Positions 28,630-38,319 of a stretch of DNA of 64,000 nucleotides are shown piece after piece. The first letter of the stretch is position 1. The number at the start of each line of letters is the position of its first letter. The DNA is taken from positions 1-64,000 of the IMG/VR virus record IMGVR_UViG_3300029953_000012. The stretch is one strand, 5' to 3'. This DNA is from a virus. Position numbers and translations under genes: made by a program. A model generated the notes under the pieces. The model did no database searches. It was not told the DNA's origin and saw only the letters and a list, made by a program, of their open reading frames with translations.

Positions 28630-31600
28630 TTATAGATTAACCGACGCCGATGCCAAAACCGAATTAGACATGAAACTTGAGCGTTGTGATTCCTGATACA
28701 TCGATGAACCATAATTTAGAGTCGGTGTAATATAATTACAGTGGTCAGCCCCACCATCAAAACATGGAGAAAAACCATTCAATTCAACCCCCGAAAGACT
28801 ATATCCCCCAGCAAAAAGTGCCCCTGTTAAATATTGTAAGTGAGGAGTTCCAAAAGCTCCTCTAAAATATGTTCCAGATGCATCTATTAAAGTCATATTT
28901 TGGGTTGTATTACCAATTACTGGACTATTTGCTACAATTCGATATCCATGACCACTGGGATAATTAGTTGTTAATTCTTGTTGTTTTCCTCCTGCTAAAA
29001 AACCAAATTGATATCTCATACTTAAACATGGGTCGAAACAGTCTCCATTTTTTAAATCAGAATCTGAACATCCATATAATTGAAATTCTTGATTTTGAGC
29101 AAAATAAATTCCAGACTGAACATACTCTGATGTTATTCCTGAATTATCTGGTAAATACCCCAAAAATACATCACCATAAGCCCTACCTTCTTGTCCAGAA
29201 TCGGCGATTACACCAAATCGCGTTGTTTTAACTCCCTGTAGATTTTCAGGACCAAATACTTGTAATCTGGCATTGTTCATTGTTGCGATGTCTTTTGTCG
29301 ATTGGCCATATTTAATACTTAAACCATAAATTGCCGGAGCATCATATTGTTGTGAATAATTCTGGTTCCATCCATAAGAATAGAAACCTTGTGATACTCC
29401 ATTTCCATTTCTGTCTCTATTCTGAGGGCGAGTCTTCCAATGATAAGCATATGGTCCAAACAAAGGATATCTTTCTAAGTAAGTATTATTAGGCTTACCA
29501 AGCCAAAAATACTGCATTGAACTATTAGTACTTCTTAGCCCCGGACTCATATAATTTAAATTAACTACGTTTTTCTTTTTAAGCGTATCGCAATAATCAT
29601 AAAAAGAACTAAAACCCTCAATCCAATAAATCATATTTCTTCCAAGGCCATTTTTATGCCAACCACAGTTATCTCCCGCTAAAACCCCATCACTAAGAAG
29701 ATTTTTCTTAAGCGTTTCAAAATCTGATGCAGATAATTGATAAGGAGTCTGAGAAAGTATGGATTGTGGAGAGTTCCAACCAAATAAATGAATGGTGCCT
29801 AAGTTATTACCCCATTGCCATTGGCCAATTCCCGGTGATATTGTTACTTGTCCAGCGTTTGTAATTTCCACAGAAGGGACATATAATTCACCAGCGTTTC
29901 CTAATTGGTTCCATTCGACTCCATATTTTCCATCGGTATCAACTATCGGATATTGCATATTAGCCCAATGAACAACACCATTTATGACTACCCTTATACC
30001 ATCCTGCATAGAAGCCATTTCATAATTCGTACATACCGGCAAATGATTTCTTCCATAAAGGAAATCTCCATCTGTTTGAGTTAACGTCTTTGTATACTTT
30101 GCTAAAGAACCATAATGTAACATTCTTCCCCAATCTTCAATAAGTCCCCTTGTATCATATAAAGTTCCGGGTGTATAACTTTGACCCGCTCCTCTATATC
30201 CCCACAAACCCAAAAATTTATAAGAATATACATCTCCCCATCCAGCGTTAGGAGGAGGTAATTGTTCTTCTACCACATCTTCTGGAATAGCGTATGGGTC
30301 ATTGACAAAACCGGCATAATTTTCAACACCTGAAGATTCCATATTAACTGAATAACTATTAGTACTATCTTGGAATGAAACCGTTGGAGCCGCTCCGACA
30401 TTACCACCATTTAAAATACTTAAATCAAATTTTAACCAATTTTCAATAAATAATTTTGATGGTTCACTAATTCTAATTCCAAACCTACCTTTAACCATAC
30501 AAAAGTAATAATATTGGTCGTCTATCCCTTTTTCAGCCCCTTTAATAAAGGTCATGTAAAAATTATTCTGTTTGGCCGTTTGATAATTCGAATCATTAAT
30601 AAATTCATAAGACCAAGCGGGATTGTATGAATTATAGGGTGGTATACATGCTTGAGGATGAATTAATGTACAAACTGGTCCATTACCCTCTAATGGGCAC
30701 CAATTTCCAGTAGGACTAGCTGGGTCAAGAGCACCCCAATTAGGATTAAGAAGAAAATTTCTAAAATCATTTCCAGCGAATGTTCCTATACACGAACTAA
30801 TTGGAATACGATACCACTGATAAGATAGCGGGTAAAGATTGTTGTAATTTTCATCAACCATTTTGAGTTTGGTAGTCCAATAAACAATTTCGGGATAGCG
30901 AATATTTATCTTATCTTCGGGGATAGTGTGATAATCTACTGCTAAAGCACGAAAAGTGGGTGATTGACCTATTTTACAGTATGTTGTATTAAATGGCTGT
31001 TGAATAAAAATTGGAGTAAAGCACGAAAAATTTCCCTGAAGTTTCCCAATGCCATTATATCCCATAGCCAACCATCCATTACCCACATATCCTTCTCCCA
31101 TGACTGTTCCTGTAACAACTGGTTCATAAGTTGGGATTGGTAACTCTGCGCTGATATTAGAATTGAAATATCCGGGATAGAATGATGAATTATTTATATT
31201 TGCCACTTCTCCGATAAAACTACTTAGTCCAGATACGTTTTGCCCATTACCATAAGTACCCAAAAAGAATGACCTTGTTAAACCGCTATCTGCAAAGTAA
31301 TGATTCAAACCAAAACCACCGTAAGCTTTCCCCCAATTAATACTGTTAATAAAATTACCAGCTTTGTCGTAACTAAAGGCTATTTTATTAGTAGGGTATA
31401 GGTCTATTGGATTTCCTTTAATATAATTTTCCAAATATCTCGACGACATTCTTTGTTGTTTCGCCGACGCCAAACCACTATAAAAATTTGTGTCAATATT
31501 CCCAACGGATTGCAATACTACATATCCATATGTATTTTCTATATTAGTCCAATGATAATTATCACCGGCTCCGGTTAAAATTCCATTTAAACTTTGTTTA

Positions 31601-33393
31601 AAATTCATGTATACATCATTATTACTTAGAATAGGATATATCATCCCGGTAGCGTATAGCACAGAGGCCGCGCCACTTTCAAATAATGGTTGGCCATTTA
31701 ACAAAGAGTAAATTCCACTAGGGAAAACAGCACTTAATCCATTAAATAAATTATTATACAACACTAAGAAACTCTGATTACCAGTTAACGCATTATAATC
31801 AGAAGATTGAGCTATTAAACCTGAATTAGCCCATAGAAATAATGCCATATTCAAACTATAGAAATCAGAACTATCTTGTTCGGCTTGTGCAACATTAAGT
31901 AGATTGGCGTATGCGGCAAAACTCCAATTAATTCCTGCGTCACCATTTAAAACGGTGTCAGTGGTTCCATCCGTAGAGGTATAAGTCACTCCTGTATCTA
32001 TTTCCACGGCATCTGGATAAGCTGGATTACCACTAACCGCATAATCAAAAGGTAAACTAACACAGCCATTAAAAAACCTTGTTCCATAAAAGCCAAATTT
32101 GTTTAATGCGGCATAATAGGGAATATCAAAGTAATAGGACGGACAAGCATAAATTGAAGCACCAAATGTATGTGGGAGAAAATTTACTGTTTCTGGACAT
32201 TGACGCCTAGCCCAATAATCATCAGAATCAGCTAAGGTATAATTAAACAATTCGCTTCCAAATGCTGGTTGATTAGAAGTGGCTGCGATACCTACATTAC
32301 CTCCATTATTATCTTGTCCATTACTAAATGGAAAACCGTCAGAGTTTTCTTTATAGAGTAGGTGCCATATATTCCACCAATTAAAAAAATCAAAATTAGA
32401 AGTCGAATCTGTATTATCAACATCAGGAGCGTCTAACAGAAAACTTTCTACAGAAGTTCCAACACCATTTAAGGAACCTTCTGCTACTAATCCCGGACAC
32501 GTAGGCATAACATTAAAAATAGAATACTGTTGAGATATAGTATAATAAGGAACTGGTCTACCTGAGATATAGGAAACTATATTTTCGTTTTGAGCAGAAG
32601 TAGTACCATCGCCATTTGGTACATTAGGAAGACCGCTAGAAGTAAAAGCATAACGATACACCGTGTTAATAGCAAAATTATCTAACGATGTTGGAATTGG
32701 GTTGGTATTGTAATAAGTATTACCGGCGACTGAAGATGCTGTTCCGCCAATTATGTTATATTGAACTTCGTCCCAATAAAACGCCACACTTAAATCTTGT
32801 GGACACGCAATAGCAGGAGAATTGATAAAAGCGGTTGCACTAGTAGAAGACGCACTAATACCGGGGTCAAGTTGGGTGTTAATTCCGAATAAATCATTAT
32901 ATTCGCTATTCGTTAATGTCGAACAAGAACCGTTTTCGGCTAAAGCATCTGTACCGTCTTGGTTCATTTGATAAATACTGGCGTTTTGACCAAAAGGTGG
33001 GGCGAAATATCCGTCTTGACAAAAGGCGTTGTAGAAGTTGTAACCTGAATACCAACAATTTGAATCTGAGCCGACTCCATGGCAAACGCCTATTAATGGC
33101 TGAGAGATTCGATAGTAGAGGTATCCGCTTAGGTCAGAAGCATTTGCTGTCGCACCAGAAATTACACCCGTTGGACTTTGCAGGTACCCTGAATCGATGT
33201 TAGCGTTCCCAGATTGGAAGAATACTAAAATTCCGGTAACACCTGTTGCGTTAAGGCCGTTTGCGATTAAACTCGGAGCTATATTATCATCAAGAATTGA
33301 ATTACCTGTGGACAACCCACTTTGGGATAACCATAAAGAGTAATTTCCATCGAAAATATTATTAACGATGACGCCTGAACCTGTGATATTCAT
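28630..33393 (-). CDS. Large virion structural protein with an Ig-like segment, 1587 aa
   Basis: PIFIQQP..TF...YQWYR...YYFCMV pattern of an I-set Ig domain; Cys- and aromatic-rich. Confidence 0.65.
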   Translation of the reverse strand: MNITGSGVIVNNIFDGNYSLWLSQSGLSTGNSILDDNIAPSLIANGLNATGVTGILVFFQSGNANIDSGYLQSPTGVISGATANASDLSGYLYYRISQPLIGVCHGVGSDSNCWYSGYNFYNAFCQDGYFAPPFGQNASIYQMNQDGTDALAENGSCSTLTNSEYNDLFGINTQLDPGISASSTSATAFINSPAIACPQDLSVAFYWDEVQYNIIGGTASSVAGNTYYNTNPIPTSLDNFAINTVYRYAFTSSGLPNVPNGDGTTSAQNENIVSYISGRPVPYYTISQQYSIFNVMPTCPGLVAEGSLNGVGTSVESFLLDAPDVDNTDSTSNFDFFNWWNIWHLLYKENSDGFPFSNGQDNNGGNVGIAATSNQPAFGSELFNYTLADSDDYWARRQCPETVNFLPHTFGASIYACPSYYFDIPYYAALNKFGFYGTRFFNGCVSLPFDYAVSGNPAYPDAVEIDTGVTYTSTDGTTDTVLNGDAGINWSFAAYANLLNVAQAEQDSSDFYSLNMALFLWANSGLIAQSSDYNALTGNQSFLVLYNNLFNGLSAVFPSGIYSLLNGQPLFESGAASVLYATGMIYPILSNNDVYMNFKQSLNGILTGAGDNYHWTNIENTYGYVVLQSVGNIDTNFYSGLASAKQQRMSSRYLENYIKGNPIDLYPTNKIAFSYDKAGNFINSINWGKAYGGFGLNHYFADSGLTRSFFLGTYGNGQNVSGLSSFIGEVANINNSSFYPGYFNSNISAELPIPTYEPVVTGTVMGEGYVGNGWLAMGYNGIGKLQGNFSCFTPIFIQQPFNTTYCKIGQSPTFRALAVDYHTIPEDKINIRYPEIVYWTTKLKMVDENYNNLYPLSYQWYRIPISSCIGTFAGNDFRNFLLNPNWGALDPASPTGNWCPLEGNGPVCTLIHPQACIPPYNSYNPAWSYEFINDSNYQTAKQNNFYMTFIKGAEKGIDDQYYYFCMVKGRFGIRISEPSKLFIENWLKFDLSILNGGNVGAAPTVSFQDSTNSYSVNMESSGVENYAGFVNDPYAIPEDVVEEQLPPPNAGWGDVYSYKFLGLWGYRGAGQSYTPGTLYDTRGLIEDWGRMLHYGSLAKYTKTLTQTDGDFLYGRNHLPVCTNYEMASMQDGIRVVINGVVHWANMQYPIVDTDGKYGVEWNQLGNAGELYVPSVEITNAGQVTISPGIGQWQWGNNLGTIHLFGWNSPQSILSQTPYQLSASDFETLKKNLLSDGVLAGDNCGWHKNGLGRNMIYWIEGFSSFYDYCDTLKKKNVVNLNYMSPGLRSTNSSMQYFWLGKPNNTYLERYPLFGPYAYHWKTRPQNRDRNGNGVSQGFYSYGWNQNYSQQYDAPAIYGLSIKYGQSTKDIATMNNARLQVFGPENLQGVKTTRFGVIADSGQEGRAYGDVFLGYLPDNSGITSEYVQSGIYFAQNQEFQLYGCSDSDLKNGDCFDPCLSMRYQFGFLAGGKQQELTTNYPSGHGYRIVANSPVIGNTTQNMTLIDASGTYFRGAFGTPHLQYLTGALFAGGYSLSGVELNGFSPCFDGGADHCNYITPTLNYGSSMYQESQRSSFMSNSVLASASVNL

Positions 33394-33442
33394 CCATTAT
33401 TAATACACTTTTTTGACTTTAAAGAGGTTTTTTTGAATTATT

Positions 33443-33458
33443 TGTTTCTAAAACACTC
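33443..33458 (+). repeat. 16-bp direct repeat, copy 1 (copy 2 at 38232-38247)
   Basis: TGTTTCTAAAACACTC identical at both flanks of the + strand cassette. Confidence 0.75.
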
Positions 33459-33497
33459 TAATCTAGTATAATAAATAAAACTAAAATTATTAAAAAT

Positions 33498-34004
33498 ATG
33501 CAAAAAATTCTCGCCTTTTACAAACCAAATTCAAAAAACAGCGGCCACTGCGCCAGCTTTAGTCAATCCCCCAAAGACGGAACCATTTTTGCGTCAATCC
33601 TCAAACAATCAGGGTGGAATGACGAAAAGAAAATTGGTTCTTTCTTGGAAAGTCGTAATGACCCCCTTAAAAACGTTAACGTTAAACTCTCTCAAACTGA
33701 AGCCGCTGCTATTTTAGACTGCTTAGAAAGAAATAGACCGCTATCTACCGTCCATGATTCGGACACATCACTTAAGACAATTCAGTTCACGCCTTGGATG
33801 AATAAACCCTTAAATCCAGAAGATAAGGCTACTCAAAAAGGTTTCTCTTTTTCAATATCAATAACAAACAAGCAGGATTCTACTTCACCAAAATTAGCTT
33901 TTTATATTGGTTTTTCATTTTCTGAGGGCAGACTTATTCGCTCATACTTAGACGAATCCTTAAGAAGGTCGTTTGAAAGTGTGGAAGTAGTTGATTCAAT
34001 TTAA
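33498..34004 (+). CDS. Whirly-like ssDNA-binding protein
   Basis: Collinear motifs FYK / KLSQTEAAAIL / VHD / KTIQFTP / GFSFSISITNK / FYIGFSFSE resemble plant Whirly as recalled. Confidence 0.55.
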   Translation: MQKILAFYKPNSKNSGHCASFSQSPKDGTIFASILKQSGWNDEKKIGSFLESRNDPLKNVNVKLSQTEAAAILDCLERNRPLSTVHDSDTSLKTIQFTPWMNKPLNPEDKATQKGFSFSISITNKQDSTSPKLAFYIGFSFSEGRLIRSYLDESLRRSFESVEVVDSI

Positions 34005-34006
34005 AT

Positions 34007-36163
34007 ATGGAAACTTCTAGAAAAAAAAGAGTGATGATTCACTCAGATTTTCCGCTCGCACTCACTGGCTTCGGAAAACATTGCCGCAACATAATGGAAT
34101 ATCTCCATGCAACAAATAAATATGAACTTTGTAATCTGGCGGTTGGTAGTATGGCAAATGCTCCTGACCTAACTAGAACCCCTTGGAAAACAATGGGTAC
34201 AGTTGAACCACAAAAAATCGAAGCATTAAGAAGTCAAAATGACCCAAAAAATTGGGACGGTATTTTGAGGATGGCTGGTTATGGCCAATTTATAATTCAA
34301 GACGCGGTAAAAGAATTTAAGCCAGATGTTCTATTTAGTATTCAGGATATTTGGGGTATTGATTTTTGTCTTCAAGCTCCTTGGTTTGATAAAATAACAT
34401 GTGTTCAATGGACCACTCTTGACTCACTTCCTATTTTAGACAAAGCTATTCTAGCTGCAAAGAAATCCAAAAACTTTTGGTCTTGGGCAGAATTCGCCAC
34501 TAAAGCTCTTCACGACGTAAACCATAAACACGTTAAAACTGTTCGTGGTTCACTAAATGTAAAGAATTTTTTTAAGTTAGATAATTCCAAAAGACTTTCT
34601 TTGCGTGAAAAATTTGGTATTTCTCCTGATACTTTTGTGATTGGATTTGTATTTAGAAATCAACTAAGAAAAAGCGTCCCAAATCTTATTAAAGGATTCA
34701 AGTTATTTAGGCAAAATAATCCTACAACCAAAACCAAGTTACTACTTCACACGCATTGGAATGAAGGTTGGAATATCAAGAAACTCTGCGAGGAACATCA
34801 GGTTCCTTTATCTGACATTTTAACAACTTATGTTTGTCGTGGATGCCGTAAATATGAAATTAAAAACTTCAGCAATAATGAAGTAGATTGTAAATTTTGT
34901 AATGGTAAAAATACCCAAATAACTACAGGACCGGGATTTGGGGTATCAGAAGAACAATTAAATGAAGTCTATAATCTAATGGATTGTTATGCTCACCCGT
35001 TTACTAGTGGAGGAATGGAAATTCCATGTTTTGAAGCTAAGTTAGTGGAATTAGTGACTCTCGTTACTAATTATAGTTGTGGAGAAGATTTGTGTGAAGA
35101 CCCCGCTGGTTCATTACCATTGGAGTGGAACGAATATCGAGAACCAGACACGATGTTTATTAAAGCGAGTACGAATCCTAATTCTATCTGCAAACAACTA
35201 ACCAAAGTACTCAATATGAAACCTGAGACTAAAAAAGAATTTGGGAAAAAGGGTCGTCAATGGGTGATTGACAATTTTTCAATTGAAGTAATAGGAAAGT
35301 TTCTTGAAGAATTTATTGATAATGCTCCTGCGATTACTGACGAATCGATATTCGAACCAATAAAAATAAACCCCAATCCGTATTATGTCATGCCAGCTAA
35401 TATTTTGGATGACTCTCAATGGATAACCCACCTTTATCATAATATCTTAGACCGTAAAGAAATTGACGCTATAGACGAGGGTCACAAACACTGGATGGGT
35501 AGAATAAACAAGGAATTAAGTAGAGAACATATTGAAAAATATTTCCGCGAAGTTGCATTTAAAACTTTGCAAGAGCAAAAAGCTGGTGGGGTAAAATTCG
35601 AAGACTTACTTAATCCCAATGATAAAGGGCGCGTATTAGTTGTTATTAATGGCGATGACAAAGACGTTTTTAATGCTACTTCTATTTTCGAGTCCATAAA
35701 ATCCAGATATCCAGACTGGAAATTATATGTATCGACTCACGCACAATATGGTCCTATTTTGGATGGAAATTTGCTTGTAGATAAATGGATTCCTCACAAT
35801 CCAATCCTTGAGAATTATATTTTCACAGAAGGCAATAATCAAAGTAAGGGATTTTTTAATGTTTGCTATAATTTACCCTGCCAGCCAACTCCTCATAATG
35901 ACTTAGATAAAATAGATTCAAATCTTATAACTACCACACCCCCTCTAGGTAGTATTAATTATTCCTCAACTCAGATTGAAAAGTCTCTAGAAGACCCTTC
36001 TGTGAGAATTTTTCCTTATATTCCACAAATTCAAATGACGGGTATTCCACCCAAAATTTCTGATTTGAGAAAAAATGGAACTGCCGGATTAGGAACAATA
36101 GGTTATTTCTATGATGATTCTGGTAATTTAATAAATGCCAGTAAAATAAATTCGTTTCTTTAA
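34007..36163 (+). CDS. Multidomain glycosyltransferase: GT4 with CxxC..CxxC insert, DUF4214-like segment and GT9 N-terminal half
   Basis: TGFG, RNQLRK, GGMEIPCFEA; CRGC..CKFC; WITHLYHNILDR..D.G..HW; RVLVV....DVFNATSIFESIKSRYPDWKLYVST. Confidence 0.8.
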   Translation: METSRKKRVMIHSDFPLALTGFGKHCRNIMEYLHATNKYELCNLAVGSMANAPDLTRTPWKTMGTVEPQKIEALRSQNDPKNWDGILRMAGYGQFIIQDAVKEFKPDVLFSIQDIWGIDFCLQAPWFDKITCVQWTTLDSLPILDKAILAAKKSKNFWSWAEFATKALHDVNHKHVKTVRGSLNVKNFFKLDNSKRLSLREKFGISPDTFVIGFVFRNQLRKSVPNLIKGFKLFRQNNPTTKTKLLLHTHWNEGWNIKKLCEEHQVPLSDILTTYVCRGCRKYEIKNFSNNEVDCKFCNGKNTQITTGPGFGVSEEQLNEVYNLMDCYAHPFTSGGMEIPCFEAKLVELVTLVTNYSCGEDLCEDPAGSLPLEWNEYREPDTMFIKASTNPNSICKQLTKVLNMKPETKKEFGKKGRQWVIDNFSIEVIGKFLEEFIDNAPAITDESIFEPIKINPNPYYVMPANILDDSQWITHLYHNILDRKEIDAIDEGHKHWMGRINKELSREHIEKYFREVAFKTLQEQKAGGVKFEDLLNPNDKGRVLVVINGDDKDVFNATSIFESIKSRYPDWKLYVSTHAQYGPILDGNLLVDKWIPHNPILENYIFTEGNNQSKGFFNVCYNLPCQPTPHNDLDKIDSNLITTTPPLGSINYSSTQIEKSLEDPSVRIFPYIPQIQMTGIPPKISDLRKNGTAGLGTIGYFYDDSGNLINASKINSFL

Positions 36164-36166
36164 TAT

Positions 36167-37351
36167 ATGAATAAATTAACTAAAATTTCTCTATCTACTG
36201 GTTCTAAAATTAGCAAGCCATATATTTATACTCAGTTTTTCCCACTGCCATTTGACAAGTATATTACTTTTCATTCTGATAACGTAGGAACTGCTAAGAA
36301 TTATGATTATATTCAAGATGTTATTAATATTTTATTACCCGTTTTAAATAAAGAAAACATTAAAATCGTTCAACTCGGTGCGGCGACCGATAGACAGTTC
36401 TCTAATTGTGTTTCTTTACGTGGTAATACTAGCGTCAATCAAACCGCTTATATCATTCAAAATTCCATGTTGCATTTTGGGGTAGATGGATTTTCTACCC
36501 ATATCGCGGCTAGTTTTGATATTCCACTAGTTAGTTTATTTTCTAATAATTTTGTAGGTTGTGATAAACCTTATTTTGGTTCTCCAGAAAAACAAGTTCT
36601 GATAACGTCGTATGACCGAACCGAAAGTAAGAAACCTTCATTTGCCAATGACGAAATGCCTAAGAGTATTAATCTTATAAAGCCAGAAGAAATTGCGGCT
36701 GCGGTTTTTAAATTACTTAAAATTAATTTCGAAATTCCTTTTGAAACTGTTTTTACAGGTAAAAAATATTCTAATATGATGATTCAGGAATCTTATCCAA
36801 ATCACCGCCGCTCCCTATTTAAAGATGATTTATTGGTTGAAATTAGGGCTGATAAGGGTCAATTCAACGAGGAAGATATGTTTTATCAGTTAGCTCAGTA
36901 CAAGAAATCCATCCTTGTTCTGGACAAACCCATTAATTTAAATGTCGTTCGTCAATTCCGCCCGCATGTTCAGATGATTGCTTTTAAAATCACCGAGATT
37001 GATTATAGGCCATTTCTTTCAGAACTAGAGGCGTTGGGATGTAAATTGATGTTAATTTCAGACCTTCCCACCGAAACCATTAACTCACTCAAGATAAAAT
37101 ACTACGATATTGGTATGATTCAGCCATTTAATAATGTTTTGGATGACAAAATTAACGAATTAAAAAAAGATGCGGATAATCTTTATTACCGCTCTTGTAA
37201 AATCACAGCCTCCAAGGATAAATTGTTTTCAAGCCAAGCGGGGGAAGAGAGTGATTTGCCCATGCAGAATCTTGATTCGTATCAAAAAGTTATTGATTTA
37301 CCCGTGTTTTGGAAAGAATTGGATTTTTATACCATCATTCGTAAGAAATAA
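36167..37351 (+). CDS. GT9 (heptosyltransferase-like) C-terminal half fused to an unknown domain
   Basis: KNY, IVQLG, LRGNTS..QTA.II, GVDGFSTHIAASFDIPLVSLF. Confidence 0.8.
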   Translation: MNKLTKISLSTGSKISKPYIYTQFFPLPFDKYITFHSDNVGTAKNYDYIQDVINILLPVLNKENIKIVQLGAATDRQFSNCVSLRGNTSVNQTAYIIQNSMLHFGVDGFSTHIAASFDIPLVSLFSNNFVGCDKPYFGSPEKQVLITSYDRTESKKPSFANDEMPKSINLIKPEEIAAAVFKLLKINFEIPFETVFTGKKYSNMMIQESYPNHRRSLFKDDLLVEIRADKGQFNEEDMFYQLAQYKKSILVLDKPINLNVVRQFRPHVQMIAFKITEIDYRPFLSELEALGCKLMLISDLPTETINSLKIKYYDIGMIQPFNNVLDDKINELKKDADNLYYRSCKITASKDKLFSSQAGEESDLPMQNLDSYQKVIDLPVFWKELDFYTIIRKK

Positions 37352-37355
37352 ATAC

Positions 37356-37384
37356 TTGACTTTTTCCGAAAAGTGTTATATTCT
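37356..37384 (+). promoter_or_regulatory. Sigma70-type promoter
   Basis: TTGACT-17 nt-TATTCT. Confidence 0.55.
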
Positions 37385-37390
37385 TAATTC

Positions 37391-38188
37391 ATGAGTGAAA
37401 TTGTTTCTGAAACCGTTGCCGAAATTAAACCAGAAGAAGTCGCAACAGATTTTGCCTCGACAGCCATGCCACCAAGATTATTTGCCCGAAATGGTCATGG
37501 TCTTATAAGAGATGGTAGTATTAAATATGTTTATGATTCTGATGGGTTAGTTAACTGGAGGGCTATGATTGACCCAAAATATCTCGCTATTAACAAATCA
37601 AATTTCGAGAAAAGACAACGCCCCATTCCTGATTCTATTATTGGTCTTGAAGACAAAGACCTTCTTATACTTTTGCCCGGAGTAAAAAAACTCTCTCAGG
37701 TCAGGGGATATGACTCAGTTACTTATTCTGTTGTTTCTCCATCAAAAGATTATGTTGTGGCAACGTGTGAAATAAATTGGATTCCTAATTACGAGACAGA
37801 AAACAAGTCAATAAAATTTAGTGCAATTGGTGATGCTAGTCCCGAAAATACCACAAGTTTTGGTAAGAATTATCTTGGCCCTATTGCTGAAAATCGTGCT
37901 TTTGTCCGCGCCGTGAGGAACTTTTTGAAGATTAATATTGTTTCACAAGAAGAATTAGGCCAAAACGCCATGTCCTCAGACTCCAACACTATCGACCCAA
38001 GTCTTGAAAGTATGTTGGCTGTAATGGACGCATTTGGAATTACGTTCGAGAAGATTAAGGCAACTTTAATTAAAGACGGATTCCCTGATGCAGATAAATT
38101 AGAGAGACTATCTGATATTCCTGCTATAACTAGATTTTCCTTGGTCGGTCGCATTAAGAAGAAAGCTAAAGAGAAGGCGGTAAGTTAA
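37391..38188 (+). CDS. Rad52/Sak-like single-strand annealing protein (putative)
   Basis: GDASPEN.......IAENRAFVRAVRNFLKI...SQEE resembles the Rad52-fold signature helix. Confidence 0.55.
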   Translation: MSEIVSETVAEIKPEEVATDFASTAMPPRLFARNGHGLIRDGSIKYVYDSDGLVNWRAMIDPKYLAINKSNFEKRQRPIPDSIIGLEDKDLLILLPGVKKLSQVRGYDSVTYSVVSPSKDYVVATCEINWIPNYETENKSIKFSAIGDASPENTTSFGKNYLGPIAENRAFVRAVRNFLKINIVSQEELGQNAMSSDSNTIDPSLESMLAVMDAFGITFEKIKATLIKDGFPDADKLERLSDIPAITRFSLVGRIKKKAKEKAVS

Positions 38189-38189
38189 T

Positions 38190-38287
38190 CATAATCTTTC
38201 TGCGCTGCGTAAATATACGTTGGTAGAAGTGTGTTTCTAAAACACTCACAGAAAGAAAATATAAATTTACAAAACATACTTTACGCA
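38190..38287 (-). ncRNA. Pseudoknotted structured RNA, copy B (orphan)
   Basis: P1/P2/P3 helices covary with the copy at 48468-48563; preceded by GCGTAATTA. Confidence 0.7.
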
Positions 38288-38319
38288 TAGATAATTACGC
38301 ACAAAATTATGTTTGTGAA

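Noticed and set aside
23861-33393. The 1586- and 1587-aa proteins as a recent tandem duplication
   Set aside because: No alignable sequence is visible beyond shared composition; the matching lengths look coincidental.
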